From an uncultured delta proteobacterium (lineage in GTDB: Bacteria > Desulfobacterota > Binatia > DP-6): a stretch of DNA of 64,000 nucleotides. Each line of letters opens with the position of its first letter. Position 1 is the first letter of the stretch. The notes beneath the pieces were generated by a model. The model had not been told where the DNA came from. It ran no database searches and saw only the letters and a list, made by a program, of their open reading frames with translations. The stretch lies in contig CAWFFN010000009.1 in NCBI GenBank assembly GCA_963815115.1, forward strand, positions 640,001-704,000, written 5' to 3'. Positions 24,985 to 36,820 of the stretch are shown here, one piece after another. The position numbers and the translations under genes are program-made.

Positions 24985-25442
24985 AGATCGAGGAGATCCT
25001 CAGCGAGGACCTGGTCATCCCCAACCTCGATGCGCGCAACAAGACCGACGCTCTGGTCGAGCTGGCCAGCGCGGTGGCGCGCCGGCATTCCGAGCTCGAG
25101 CGCGAGCGCCTCGTGCAGGCCCTCGAGGATCGCGAGCGGCTGAACAGCACCGCGCTGGGCGACGGTGTGGCCATCCCGCACGGCAAGCTCCCGGGCATCA
25201 AGCGCGTCTTCGCCGCCTTCGCGCGCAGCCCGCAGGGCGTCGACTTCCAGTCCCTCGACGGCCGGCCGACGCATCTCTTCTTCCTGCTGGTGGCCCCCGA
25301 GGACTCGGCCGGGGCCCACCTGAAGGCGCTGGCCCGTATCTCGCGGCTCTTGAAGAACGAGGAGTTCCGCGCCCGGCTCATGCAGGCGCCCGACGCGCGG
25401 GCGCTGTGGGAGACCATCCGCGAGGAGGACGCGCGGTACTGA
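24981..25442 (+). CDS. ptsN: PTS IIA nitrogen-regulatory-like protein
   Basis: RERLNSTALGDGVAIPHGK, GVDFQSLDGRPTHLFFLLVAP, HLKALARISR. Confidence 0.9.
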   Translation: MKIEEILSEDLVIPNLDARNKTDALVELASAVARRHSELERERLVQALEDRERLNSTALGDGVAIPHGKLPGIKRVFAAFARSPQGVDFQSLDGRPTHLFFLLVAPEDSAGAHLKALARISRLLKNEEFRARLMQAPDARALWETIREEDARY

Positions 25443-25446
25443 GCGT

Positions 25447-26376
25447 ATGGTGACGGTCCGGGACCTGCTGGAGGCTCGCGCACCCGGCCTCGGCCTCGCG
25501 CTGGCGGCGGGCGCGCGCGGACTCGACCGCCCGATCGCGATGCCGCGGCTCCAGCAGCCGGGGCTCGCGCTCGCCGGCTTCCTGCCCCAGCTGCACCCCG
25601 ATCGCATCCAGGTGCTCGGCAACAGCGAGATCAGCTACCTCGCCACCCTCGGGGCGCCGGCCGCGGAGCGCGTGGCTGCGGTGGCAGATGCCGGGGTGGC
25701 GTGCTTCGTGGTGACGAACGGGACGCCGGCACCCGCGGCCCTGACGCGATCGGCGGAGGCAGCGGGCGTTTCGGTGCTGCTCACGGCGACCCGGACCGGG
25801 GAGTTCATCCGTGCCGCCACGGCTTGGCTCGAGGAGCGGCTCGCGCCCGAGACCACGCTGCACGCGGGGCTGGTGGAGGTGCACGGGCTCGGCACGCTGA
25901 TCCTGGGCGACAGCGGCATCGGCAAGAGCGAAGCGGCGCTCGACCTGGTGTCGCGCGGCCACCGTCTGGTGGCGGACGACGCGGTGCTCGTGCGCCGCAT
26001 CTCGCCGAGCGTGCTGCGCGGCCGGACGGCGGAGCTGCTCGCCCATCACATGGAGATCCGCGGCCTCGGCGTGATCGACATCGAAGCCCTGTTCGGTACC
26101 CTGGCGACGCTCGACGACCGGCAGATCGACCTCGTGGTCGAGCTCACCGAGTGGAGCGACGACGCGGACCGGCTCGGGATCGAGGAGTCGACCTACACGC
26201 TGCTGGAAGTGGCGCTCCCGCTGGTGCGCATCCCCGTCCAGGCCGGTCGCACGCTCGGGCTCCTGATCGAGACCGCGGCCCGCAACCAGCTGCTCCGCTG
26301 GCGCGGCCGCCACAGCGCGGCCGAGTTCACCGAGCGGGTCGATCGCGCCGCCGCCGTGCGGCGCTCCCGCGGATGA
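25447..26376 (+). CDS. hprK: HPr kinase/phosphorylase
   Basis: PGLALAGF, GDSGIGKSEAALDLVSRGHRLVADD, HHMEIRGLGVI. Confidence 0.95.
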   Translation: MVTVRDLLEARAPGLGLALAAGARGLDRPIAMPRLQQPGLALAGFLPQLHPDRIQVLGNSEISYLATLGAPAAERVAAVADAGVACFVVTNGTPAPAALTRSAEAAGVSVLLTATRTGEFIRAATAWLEERLAPETTLHAGLVEVHGLGTLILGDSGIGKSEAALDLVSRGHRLVADDAVLVRRISPSVLRGRTAELLAHHMEIRGLGVIDIEALFGTLATLDDRQIDLVVELTEWSDDADRLGIEESTYTLLEVALPLVRIPVQAGRTLGLLIETAARNQLLRWRGRHSAAEFTERVDRAAAVRRSRG

Positions 26377-26389
26377 CCGCGCGCCGACG

Positions 26390-27253
<864 letters not shown>

Positions 27254-27255
27254 CT

Positions 27256-27357
27256 CCGACCCGAGACTTCGTCTCGGGTCGGAAGGGAACGCCCGCACGG
27301 TTCATCGAGCTCCACTCTCGCTCTCCGTCCCGACCCGAGACGCAGTCTCGGGTCGGC
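27256..27357. repeat. Pair of REP-like palindromes
   Basis: CCGACCCGAGAC-TTC-GTCTCGGGTCGG (27257-27282 region) and CCGACCCGAGAC-GCA-GTCTCGGGTCGG (27330-27356) with identical 12-bp stems. Confidence 0.75.
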
Positions 27358-27401
27358 TCTCTGCTTGCCCGGGTGCGGCGCCGAAGGTTAGGATCGCCCG
27401 G

Positions 27402-27791
27402 ATGGTCGGTCTCGTCGTAGTGGGACACGGTCGGCTCGGCGAGGCCATGGTCGAGGCCCTGCAGAACATCGTCGGGCCGCTCGAGGGCGTCGAGGCGGTG
27501 ACCAGTACGCCCGCCGCCGGCTGGCAGGACATCCTGGATGACATCCGCGCCGCCGTCCGGCGCGTCGACCGCGGGCAGGGCGTGCTCATCGTCACGGACA
27601 TGCTGGGCGACACGCAGACCAACATGAGCGTGCTGGTGGCGCGCGAGACCGGTGCGCAGGTCGTGGCCGGGGTCAACATGCCCATGCTGGTCAAGCTGAG
27701 TAGCGTGCGGCGCGACATGGACGCCGCCGCGCTCGCGCAGTTCATCAAGCGGTACGGGCAGGAGCACATCTTCTGCGTCACGACGCCATGA
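27402..27791 (+). CDS. PTS mannose/fructose-type IIA component
   Basis: MVGLVVVGHGRLG, GVLIVTDMLGDT, VAGVNMPML. Confidence 0.88.
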   Translation: MVGLVVVGHGRLGEAMVEALQNIVGPLEGVEAVTSTPAAGWQDILDDIRAAVRRVDRGQGVLIVTDMLGDTQTNMSVLVARETGAQVVAGVNMPMLVKLSSVRRDMDAAALAQFIKRYGQEHIFCVTTP

Positions 27792-28075
27792 GCGGCGGCA
27801 CGCCGGATCACCACGCCACGCTGGAGATCAAGAACCGGCTCGGTCTGCACGCCCGCGCGGCGGTCCTGCTGGTGCAGACCGCGAACCGCTTCGAGGCCGA
27901 GGTCGCGATCACCAAGGACGGCCAGAGCGTGAACGGCCGCAGCATCATGGGGATCATGATGCTGGCGGCGGAGCAGGGCAGCACGATCGACGTCGACACC
28001 TCGGGGCCGCAGGCGGCGGAGGCGCTCGAGGCCATCCGCGAGCTGGTCGATGCGCGCTTCCACGAGCCGAGCTGA
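27788..28075 (+). CDS. ptsH: Phosphocarrier protein HPr
   Basis: NRLGLHARAA (His15 motif), GRSIMGIMML (Ser46 motif). Confidence 0.93.
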   Translation: MSGGTPDHHATLEIKNRLGLHARAAVLLVQTANRFEAEVAITKDGQSVNGRSIMGIMMLAAEQGSTIDVDTSGPQAAEALEAIRELVDARFHEPS

Positions 28076-28138
28076 CGCGAAGGCCAGGGCAGACGCGCGG
28101 CTTGCCGGGCCGGGAGGCGTTCGGTAAGGTCCGCCGCC

Positions 28139-29323
28139 ATGCTCAAGGACTATGTCTTCACCTCCGAGTCGGTGAACGAGGGCCACCCCGACAAGGTGTG
28201 CGACCAGATCTCCGACGCCATCGTCGACACCCTGATCGCCCAGGACCCCGACAGCCGCATCGCCTGCGAGGCGCTCATCAAGACCGGCCTCGTGGTGGTG
28301 GCGGGCGAGATCACCAGCCAGGGCAAGGCGGAGTTCGGCGAGGTCGCCAAGGGCGTCATCCGCGACATCGGCTACACGACCCCCGAGAGCGGCTTCAACT
28401 GTGACAGCTGCGCGGTGGTCGTCGCGGTCGAGAAGCAATCGCCCGACATCTCCCAGGGCGTCACCGAGGGCCAGGGCCTGTTCAAGGAGCAGGGAGCGGG
28501 CGACCAGGGAATGATGTTCGGCTACGCCTGCGACGAGACCAAGGAGTACATGCCGTTCGCGATCTACGCCGCGCACCGCATCGGACAGCAGCTTGCCGAG
28601 TCGCGCAAATCGGGCCAGCTGCCCTTCCTGCTCCCCGACGGCAAGTGCCAGGTATCCGTCGAGTACCGGGACAACAAGGCCGTGCGCGCGAAGACGGTCG
28701 TCGTGTCCTCGCAGCACCGCTCGGACGTCTCCCACTTGACTCTCAAGGAGGCGATCATCGAGGAGGTGGTGAAGAAGGTCGTGCCGCCGGAGTTCCTCGA
28801 CCGCGAGACCGTGTACTACATCAACCCGACCGGCAAGTTCTGCGTCGGCGGTCCGCAGGGCGACTGCGGCCTCACCGGCCGCAAGATCATCGTCGACACC
28901 TACGGCGGCTACGGGCGGCACGGGGGCGGCGCGTTCAGCGGGAAGGATCCGAGCAAGGTCGACCGGAGCGCCGCCTACTTCGCCCGCTACGTCGCGAAGA
29001 ACGTGGTGGCGGCCGAGCTTGCGGCGCGCTGCGAGCTGCAGGTGGCCTACGCCATCGGAGTCGCAGATCCGGTCTCGGTGCTGGTCGATACCTTCGGCAC
29101 CGGCGTCGTGCCGGACGAGAAGATCGGCGCCCTGGTGCGGGAGCTGTTCGACTTCAAGCCCGCCTCGCTGATCCGCACCCTGGGCCTGAAGCGCCCCATC
29201 TACCGCCGGACGGCGGCCTACGGGCACTTCGGGCGCGTCCCCGACGGACCGCACTTCACCTGGGAGCGCACCGACCGGGTGGACGATCTCCGCGGCGCGG
29301 CGGGTCTCGGCAAGCGGTCCTAG
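28139..29323 (+). CDS. metK: S-adenosylmethionine synthetase
   Basis: [56 protein letters not shown]. Confidence 0.97.
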   Translation: MLKDYVFTSESVNEGHPDKVCDQISDAIVDTLIAQDPDSRIACEALIKTGLVVVAGEITSQGKAEFGEVAKGVIRDIGYTTPESGFNCDSCAVVVAVEKQSPDISQGVTEGQGLFKEQGAGDQGMMFGYACDETKEYMPFAIYAAHRIGQQLAESRKSGQLPFLLPDGKCQVSVEYRDNKAVRAKTVVVSSQHRSDVSHLTLKEAIIEEVVKKVVPPEFLDRETVYYINPTGKFCVGGPQGDCGLTGRKIIVDTYGGYGRHGGGAFSGKDPSKVDRSAAYFARYVAKNVVAAELAARCELQVAYAIGVADPVSVLVDTFGTGVVPDEKIGALVRELFDFKPASLIRTLGLKRPIYRRTAAYGHFGRVPDGPHFTWERTDRVDDLRGAAGLGKRS

Positions 29324-29402
29324 CACCGCGGCGTGCGGGCGGCCTGCGCGAGCCGTCCGCGGACTGGCGTCGCCTCCGTGACCGGGCCAGTATCTCCCGA
29401 CC

Positions 29403-31067
29403 ATGGGGAGTGGGCCCGATCCGCTGGAGCAGCGCCGCGCGCAGATGTTCAGCACCCTCGCGCCCGAGCAGCTGGCGCGTATCGCCTCCGTGGGCGCACG
29501 CCGGCAATTGCGTCGAGGGGAGGTCCTCTACGATCAGGGGGATCGGGAAATCCCCTTCTACGTCGTCACGCAGGGGACCCTCGAGACCGTGCGTCCCCAC
29601 GACGCCATCGAGGACCCGATCTCCATCCTCGGCCCGGGCCAGTTCACGGGTGAGATGAACATGCTGACCGGCCGGCGCAGCCTCGTGCGCGTCCGCGCCC
29701 GCGAGGACGGCGAGGTGATCGAGGTGCGTCCCGAGGCGGTGCGCGCGCTGGTGCAGGTCGACTCGGAGCTGAGCGAGCTGCTCATGCGTGCGTTCATCCT
29801 CCGGCGTGTCAGCCTCATCGCGCGCGGGATGGGCGACGTGGTCCTGGTGGGATCGCACCACTCCTCCGACACGCTGCGGATCAAGGAGTTCCTGGTGCGC
29901 AACGGCCATCCGTACACCTATCTCGACGTGGATCAGCACGACGACGTCCAGGCGACGCTCGATCGCTTCCACGTCACGGTCGAGGAGATCCCGGTGATCA
30001 TCTGCCGGGGCGTGAAGGTGCTCCGGAACCCGACGCCGGAGAAGCTCGCGGACTGCCTCGGCTTCAACCCGGACCTGCACGTCGAGGTCGTGCGTGATCT
30101 CCTGGTCGTGGGTGCCGGGCCGGCCGGGCTCGCGGCGGCGGTGTACGGCGCATCCGAGGGGCTGAGCGTCCAGGTGCTCGAGAGCCACGCGCCGGGCGGC
30201 CAGGCCGGCTCGAGCTCCAGGATCGAGAACTATCTCGGCTTCCCCACCGGCATCTCCGGCCAGGCGCTGGCCGGAAGGGCGTTCACCCAGGCGGAGAAGT
30301 TCGGCGCCGGCGTGGCGATCGCGCGCGCGGCGGGGAAGCTGCTCTGCGAGCGGAATCCCTACGCCGTGCAGCTCTCCACGGGCGAGGTGATGCACGCCCG
30401 GGCGGTCGTCATCGCCTCGGGCGCCCGGTACCGTAAGCTACCGCTGACCAAGCTGTCGATGTTCGAGGGAGCCGGGGTGTACTACGCCGCGTCCCAGATG
30501 GAGGCCCAGCTCTGCGTCGGCGAGGAGGTGATCGTCGTCGGCGGGGGCAACTCGGCCGGCCAAGCGGCGATCTTTCTCTCCGAGACCGCCAGTCGGGTGC
30601 ACGTGCTGGTACGCTCGGACGGGCTCGGCGAGACCATGTCGCGCTATCTCGTCCGGCGCATCGAGGACAGCCCCCACGTCACGGTCCACACACGCACGGA
30701 GATCGAGTCGCTCGACGGAGACAGGTCGCTCGAGACCGTCCGCTGGCGGAATGCCGGCGGCGAGATCGAGTCCCACTCGATCCGGCACGTGTTCCTGATG
30801 ACGGGTGCGGTTCCCAACACCGGGTGGGTCAAGGGATGCGTGACGCTGGACGACAAGGGCTTCGTCAAGACCGGCAGCGACCTCACGGCCGAGGAGCTGG
30901 CGGCGGCGCGCTGGCCGCTGCGGCGCGCGCCCTATCTGCTGGAGACCAGCCGCCCCGGCGTCTTCGCCGTGGGCGACGCCCGCGCGGGCAGCGTCAAGCG
31001 CGTGGCCTCGGCGGTGGGCGAGGGATCGATCTGCGTCCAGCTCTGCCACAAGGTACTGTCGGAATGA
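29403..31067 (+). CDS. cNMP-binding domain + thioredoxin-reductase-like FAD oxidoreductase
   Basis: N-terminal cNMP fold (GQFTGEMNML), VVGAGPAGLAAAVYGASEG, SSRIENYLGFPTGISG, VVGGGNSAGQAA, KRVASAVGEG; no CxxC (YAASQME). Confidence 0.9.
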   Translation: MGSGPDPLEQRRAQMFSTLAPEQLARIASVGARRQLRRGEVLYDQGDREIPFYVVTQGTLETVRPHDAIEDPISILGPGQFTGEMNMLTGRRSLVRVRAREDGEVIEVRPEAVRALVQVDSELSELLMRAFILRRVSLIARGMGDVVLVGSHHSSDTLRIKEFLVRNGHPYTYLDVDQHDDVQATLDRFHVTVEEIPVIICRGVKVLRNPTPEKLADCLGFNPDLHVEVVRDLLVVGAGPAGLAAAVYGASEGLSVQVLESHAPGGQAGSSSRIENYLGFPTGISGQALAGRAFTQAEKFGAGVAIARAAGKLLCERNPYAVQLSTGEVMHARAVVIASGARYRKLPLTKLSMFEGAGVYYAASQMEAQLCVGEEVIVVGGGNSAGQAAIFLSETASRVHVLVRSDGLGETMSRYLVRRIEDSPHVTVHTRTEIESLDGDRSLETVRWRNAGGEIESHSIRHVFLMTGAVPNTGWVKGCVTLDDKGFVKTGSDLTAEELAAARWPLRRAPYLLETSRPGVFAVGDARAGSVKRVASAVGEGSICVQLCHKVLSE

Positions 31068-31070
31068 CGT

Positions 31071-32411
31071 TCACGCCCGATCGGGCACCCAGTTGCCGTG
31101 GAACCCGAACGGCACCCGGTCGGGCAGGTGGATGGTCGCCAGCGGCGTGCCGGTGAAGTCCTGCGCGTGCAGGATGACCACGTCGCTGCGGCCGCTGCCG
31201 CCGTCGTAGACGTACGACAGCACCCAGCCATCGTCCTCCGCCGAATCGGGCGTGCGGGGCACGAAGACCGGCTCCAGAGTCACCCGATCCGACCCGTAGT
31301 GGTGCACCTCGGTGGTGCCGCGCTCGAGGTCGTACTTGAGCGCGGGGCCATGGCGGAGGGCGTCGAAGGTAGCGGCATAGCCGAAGCGATGGCGTCGGCC
31401 GACGAGCCGCTCGTCGTGGCGGGGGAACTCGATGGCGCGGTCGTCCATGCGCTGCTCGCGAGCCTGACCGCCGTCGGGGTCGAGCGTCCAGCGGGTGAGC
31501 ACCGGGGGCCCCTCGCTGGGTCCCCGCTCGTCCGTCTCGAACATCCGCGGGTGGCGGACGGCGTCGAGGACGACCCGACCGTTCGGCAGATCGTAGGCAT
31601 TCAGCGGATGGAAGACGTAGCAGGGCTCGATCTCGATCCAGCGGATCTGGTCCGCCGAGCCCTCACGGGGCAGCAGGCCGATGCGTGACGGATGTCCCGG
31701 GTTCCACTTGTAGGGGAGGGTCACTTCCGACATCGCCATCTCGAGATTGAAGGTGACCGGCAGGTCGAGCACCAGCACGTAGCGCTCGGTGAGGGCGCAG
31801 TCGTGGATCATGGGGCCGTCGGCCACCGGAACGTGGACCGTCCGGCGCACGCGGCCGTCCGTTCCGACGACGACGTAGCGCACGTGGTCCCATTCCCAGT
31901 AATAGGTCAGCGCGTGCAGCTCGCCGGTCACCGGGTCGCGCTTCGGGTGCGCCGTGAACGAGCCGTCGAGCGTGCCGTCGAAGTCCGACCGGCGCACCGT
32001 CTCGAGGTCGCTCGTCAGCTCGACCGGCAGGCCGCCCGCCTCGACGATGGCGAAGGTGCGTCCTCCGACGTCGAGCACGTTGGTGTTGGCGGTGCCGTCG
32101 CCCATGCCGTGCCGCGGGCCCTCGACCGCGGGCCACCCGAAGAACTCGGTCACCCGGTCGGAGCGTACCCAGCGCCGGCGATACCACTCGGCGCGGCCGT
32201 CGCGCAGCCGCACGCCGTGCACCATGCCGGGACCGGTGAACCAGTGATAGGTCGCGGCGTCCTCGTTGGGCAGCGGGTTGGGCCCGATGCGCAGGAAGCG
32301 GCCGGCCAGCTCCGGCGGGATCGTCCCGGTCACGCGCAGCTCGTGCGCGGTGACCTCGTCGGGCACCGGCGCGAAGTTTCCGGCGAGATAGCTATTCGAC
32401 GTGTCGGTCAT
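31071..32411 (-). CDS. Carotenoid oxygenase / lignostilbene dioxygenase family protein
   Basis: YLAGNFAPV, GRFLRIGPNP, HWFTGPGMVH, FTAHPKRDPVTGE, MIHDCALT, VFHPLN, EFPR, EPVFVP, VPFGFHGNW (four Fe-ligand His). Confidence 0.92.
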   Translation of the reverse strand: MTDTSNSYLAGNFAPVPDEVTAHELRVTGTIPPELAGRFLRIGPNPLPNEDAATYHWFTGPGMVHGVRLRDGRAEWYRRRWVRSDRVTEFFGWPAVEGPRHGMGDGTANTNVLDVGGRTFAIVEAGGLPVELTSDLETVRRSDFDGTLDGSFTAHPKRDPVTGELHALTYYWEWDHVRYVVVGTDGRVRRTVHVPVADGPMIHDCALTERYVLVLDLPVTFNLEMAMSEVTLPYKWNPGHPSRIGLLPREGSADQIRWIEIEPCYVFHPLNAYDLPNGRVVLDAVRHPRMFETDERGPSEGPPVLTRWTLDPDGGQAREQRMDDRAIEFPRHDERLVGRRHRFGYAATFDALRHGPALKYDLERGTTEVHHYGSDRVTLEPVFVPRTPDSAEDDGWVLSYVYDGGSGRSDVVILHAQDFTGTPLATIHLPDRVPFGFHGNWVPDRA

Positions 32412-33067
32412 CGGGGCTTCCTCCTGAGCGGGCGTTGCGCGGTTCTCGGCGTGCTCCGGGGTGACGCCGGGGGCGCGGGGCGTACCCCGAGGAGCACGTC
32501 GTGCATGACGCGGAGCGTGGGATCGAGTTCGCGGTCGCCGGCGCCTTGCAGGGCGCCCTGGAGCCAGAGCTGGGCGAGACCGTGGACCGAGGCCCAGACG
32601 ACGGCGGCAAGGTGCACGGTGGGGACGTCGGGGTGGAAGCCCGATGCCTGCGCCGCCGCGACCAGCTCGCAGAGCTGGCCGAAGGCCCTGGCGCCGGCCT
32701 CGCGGTAGTCGGCGGACGTGGCGTCCACGCGCTCGGGATGGAACATGAGCGCGAAGACGCCGGGGCTGCCGAGCGCGAAGCCGACGTAGCCGCGGCCGGC
32801 CGCGGCCAGGCGCTCGAGGGCGGTGGCGCGGCGGGGCGCTCCGGCGACGGCCGCGGCCACCGAGTCGAACAGCTCGCGGAACCCGAGGGCCGCGACCGCG
32901 GACAGCAGGGTGGCCAGGGAGGGGAAGTGCCGTAGCGGCGCGCCGTGCGACAGCCCGCCGCGGCGGGCGATCTCGCGCAGCGTGAGAGGCTCGAGGCCGT
33001 CGGCGTCGAGCAGGCGGCGGGCGGTGGTGAGCAGGTGCTCGCGGGTGGGAAGCGCGACCGCCTCCAT
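32408..33067 (-). CDS. TetR-family regulator (WHG/TetR_C_33-type)
   Basis: LTLREIARRGGLSHGAPLRHF HTH; VWASVHGLAQL C-terminal motif. Confidence 0.88.
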   Translation of the reverse strand: MEAVALPTREHLLTTARRLLDADGLEPLTLREIARRGGLSHGAPLRHFPSLATLLSAVAALGFRELFDSVAAAVAGAPRRATALERLAAAGRGYVGFALGSPGVFALMFHPERVDATSADYREAGARAFGQLCELVAAAQASGFHPDVPTVHLAAVVWASVHGLAQLWLQGALQGAGDRELDPTLRVMHDVLLGVRPAPPASPRSTPRTAQRPLRRKPR

Positions 33068-33105
33068 GTAGACGGTGTCTACTTCGGTCTGTAGACAGTG
33101 TCAAC
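33068..33105. promoter_or_regulatory. Tandem TetR operator palindromes
   Basis: GTAGAC-GGT-GTCTAC (33068-33082) and GTAGAC-AGT-GTCAAC (33091-33105) abutting the TetR start. Confidence 0.7.
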
Positions 33106-33151
33106 CGACCGTTCGGGCTTGACTCGGCAGATGCAACCGAAATATTCTAGC

Positions 33152-33167
33152 ATCCGGATAGACGGAT
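33152..33167. promoter_or_regulatory. Palindrome upstream of ahcY, possible SahR/SamR-type operator
   Basis: ATCCG-GATAGA-CGGAT (ATC-N10-GAT spacing). Confidence 0.4.
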
Positions 33168-33210
33168 TTGAGCCGCGGCGATCCGTGGCCGACCCGAGAG
33201 GAGGACGCTC

Positions 33211-34686
<1,476 letters not shown>

Positions 34687-34712
34687 GCGATCGCGGCGCG
34701 CTCACGACGCGC

Positions 34713-35861
34713 TCACACGAGGAGCGCGCCCACGGTGTCGGCAAAGCGCAGCCCGCGCGGGGTGAGGCGCAGGCGGCCGTCGCTGCTCCCGACGAGACCG
34801 TCGCGCGTGAGCCCCGCGAGCTGGGGAAACGCGGCGGCGAGCGCGATCCCGAAGCGGCGCTCGAACTCCGCGACGTCGACGCCGGCGAGGCGGCGCAGTC
34901 CGGTGATGACGAAGTCGCCGCGCGCCTGCGCCTCGACGAGGTGCTCCTCGCCCGCGACGGCGGTGCCGTGCTGCGCGACGGCGGCGCGCCAGTGCTGCGG
35001 TAGCCGCAGGTTCCACCAGCGCCGGCCGGTCGTCCCGGTGGCGCAGAACGAGTGCGCGCCCGGCCCCAGACCCAGGTAGTCCGATCCGTCCCAGTAGGTC
35101 GTGTTGTGGCGCGACTCGAAGCCGGCCCGCGCCCAGCTGGATATCTCGTAGCGCGCGAACCCGGCGACCGTGAGGCGATCTGCGGCGACCTCGGCCATCG
35201 CGCTCTCCAGGTCGTCGTCGGCGGCGGCGAGCCGGCCCTGCGATCGCCAGGCATGAAACGGCGTCCCCTCCTCCCACGTGAGCGCGTACGCCGACACGTG
35301 TTCGGGGGCGAGCGCGACGGCCTGTGCAAGGTCGTCCTGCCACATCGCGAGGGTCTGGCCGGGGACGGCGAAGATGAGGTCCAGGCTCAGGTTGGCGAAT
35401 CTCGCCGCGCGAGCCGCCGCCACCGCGCTCCGGGTCTCGTCGGGTGAATGGTCGCGTCCCAGCGTGCGCAGCACCGCGGGATGAAACGACTGGGCGCCGA
35501 GCGACAGCCGCGTCACCCCGGCCTCATGGTAGGCGGCGAGGCGGTCGCCGGTGAGGGTGCCGGGGTTGGCCTCCAAGGTGACCTCGGCGCTGGCCTCGAG
35601 TCCGTGCCGCCGCGCGCCCGCGAGCAGGGAGGCGACGGTTGCGGGCGACAGGAGCGACGGCGTTCCGCCGCCGAGATACAGGCTGCGCATGGATCGGCCG
35701 CGCCATTCCGCGCGCGCGGCCCATGCCGCCAGCTCGGCGAGGTACGCCGCGAGGTCGTCCGCCTCCGGGGGCGTGGAGGCGGCGTGGACGTTGAAGTCGC
35801 AGTACGGACAGACGTGCCGGCACCAGGGCACGTGCACGTAGACGGCGTACGGTGCCGGCAT
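34713..35861 (-). CDS. hemW: Radical SAM heme chaperone HemW (HemN-like)
   Basis: YVHVPWCRHVCPYCDF, YLGGGTPS, TLEANP, YEISSW, YLGLGPGAHS. Confidence 0.9.
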   Translation of the reverse strand: MPAPYAVYVHVPWCRHVCPYCDFNVHAASTPPEADDLAAYLAELAAWAARAEWRGRSMRSLYLGGGTPSLLSPATVASLLAGARRHGLEASAEVTLEANPGTLTGDRLAAYHEAGVTRLSLGAQSFHPAVLRTLGRDHSPDETRSAVAAARAARFANLSLDLIFAVPGQTLAMWQDDLAQAVALAPEHVSAYALTWEEGTPFHAWRSQGRLAAADDDLESAMAEVAADRLTVAGFARYEISSWARAGFESRHNTTYWDGSDYLGLGPGAHSFCATGTTGRRWWNLRLPQHWRAAVAQHGTAVAGEEHLVEAQARGDFVITGLRRLAGVDVAEFERRFGIALAAAFPQLAGLTRDGLVGSSDGRLRLTPRGLRFADTVGALLV

Positions 35862-35867
35862 CGCGGC

Positions 35868-36479
35868 TCACCGATAGCGGCGCACGAGCCCGACGACCAC
35901 CCCGCGAATCTCCACCTCGTCCTCGCGCGCGACGATGGGCTCCACTCGCTCGTTGGCCGGGACGAGATGTACCCGCCCGCGCCGCCGCGAGAGTCGCTTC
36001 ACGGTGGCTTCCCCGCGCACGAGCGCGACGACGGTGGCGCCGTTCGGGGCGTCGGCGCGCGACTCGACGACGATCACGTCGCCCTCGAGGATGCCGTCGC
36101 CGATCATGGAGTCGCCGATCACGCGCAGGGCGAAGGTCTCGCCGCGGCCGAGGAGGTCCTCGGGCAGCAGGATCGTCTCGCTCACCTCGACGGGCTCGAT
36201 CGGATTGCCGGCGGCGACCCGCCCCAGCAGCGGGACGTTGATCGCACGCCCGTCTGCGGTCCGGTCGATCACCTCCGCGGAGCGGCTCTGGCGTGCGCGG
36301 CGCCGGATGGCGCCACGGCCCTCGAGGCGCGTGAGATGCTTGTGCACGGTGGCCAGCGAGGTCACGCCGAGATGACGGCCGATCTCCTCGAGCGACGGAC
36401 CGTAGCCGTGCTCCCGCATGTAGCCGCGGAGGTAGTCGAGGACCTGCTTCTGCCGCCGCGTCACCACCTCCCCCTTCAT
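35868..36479 (-). CDS. lexA: SOS repressor LexA
   Basis: TRRQKQVLDYL...GPSLEEIG, LGRVAAGNPI (A-G cleavage site), GDSM (Ser), ATVKR (Lys). Confidence 0.95.
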   Translation of the reverse strand: MKGEVVTRRQKQVLDYLRGYMREHGYGPSLEEIGRHLGVTSLATVHKHLTRLEGRGAIRRRARQSRSAEVIDRTADGRAINVPLLGRVAAGNPIEPVEVSETILLPEDLLGRGETFALRVIGDSMIGDGILEGDVIVVESRADAPNGATVVALVRGEATVKRLSRRRGRVHLVPANERVEPIVAREDEVEIRGVVVGLVRRYR

Positions 36480-36580
36480 AGGCAAAGAAAAGACGAAGCT
36501 CAACCGTTCCGCTGCCGGATCTTGCCGGCGGGTCCCGAGAGCCGCAGACTCGGCCATCACTGCGATGCGGAGGGTCATCA

Positions 36581-36820
36581 ATGTGGCGTACGGCGTTCTT
36601 CGTCATGCTCGTCGGTGTGGCTGCGATGGCGAGGCCTCGCATAGCGGACGCCGCCTATGGCAGTGTCACCTGCTGCTTCGCCGCCTCGATCATCGACGGT
36701 GCGCCGCCGCGACCGGCCTGCATCGTACTCAACGTGCGCGCGCGCGTGCGCCCGAAGGCGCGGGCCCGCCTGGTCTGCCGCCTCGTCGGCGGCCGGCCGC
36801 AGCCGCGCGCGGTGCACTGA
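36581..36820 (+). CDS. Small putative secreted Cys-containing protein (79 aa)
   Basis: ATG with GGAGG upstream, signal-like N-terminus, four Cys (CC, C, C); divergent from lexA. Confidence 0.45.
   Translation: MWRTAFFVMLVGVAAMARPRIADAAYGSVTCCFAASIIDGAPPRPACIVLNVRARVRPKARARLVCRLVGGRPQPRAVH

Noticed and set aside
33110-33210. SAH or SAM riboswitch upstream of ahcY
   Set aside because: I could not find the conserved SAH-riboswitch core; only an RBS and a short palindrome are evident
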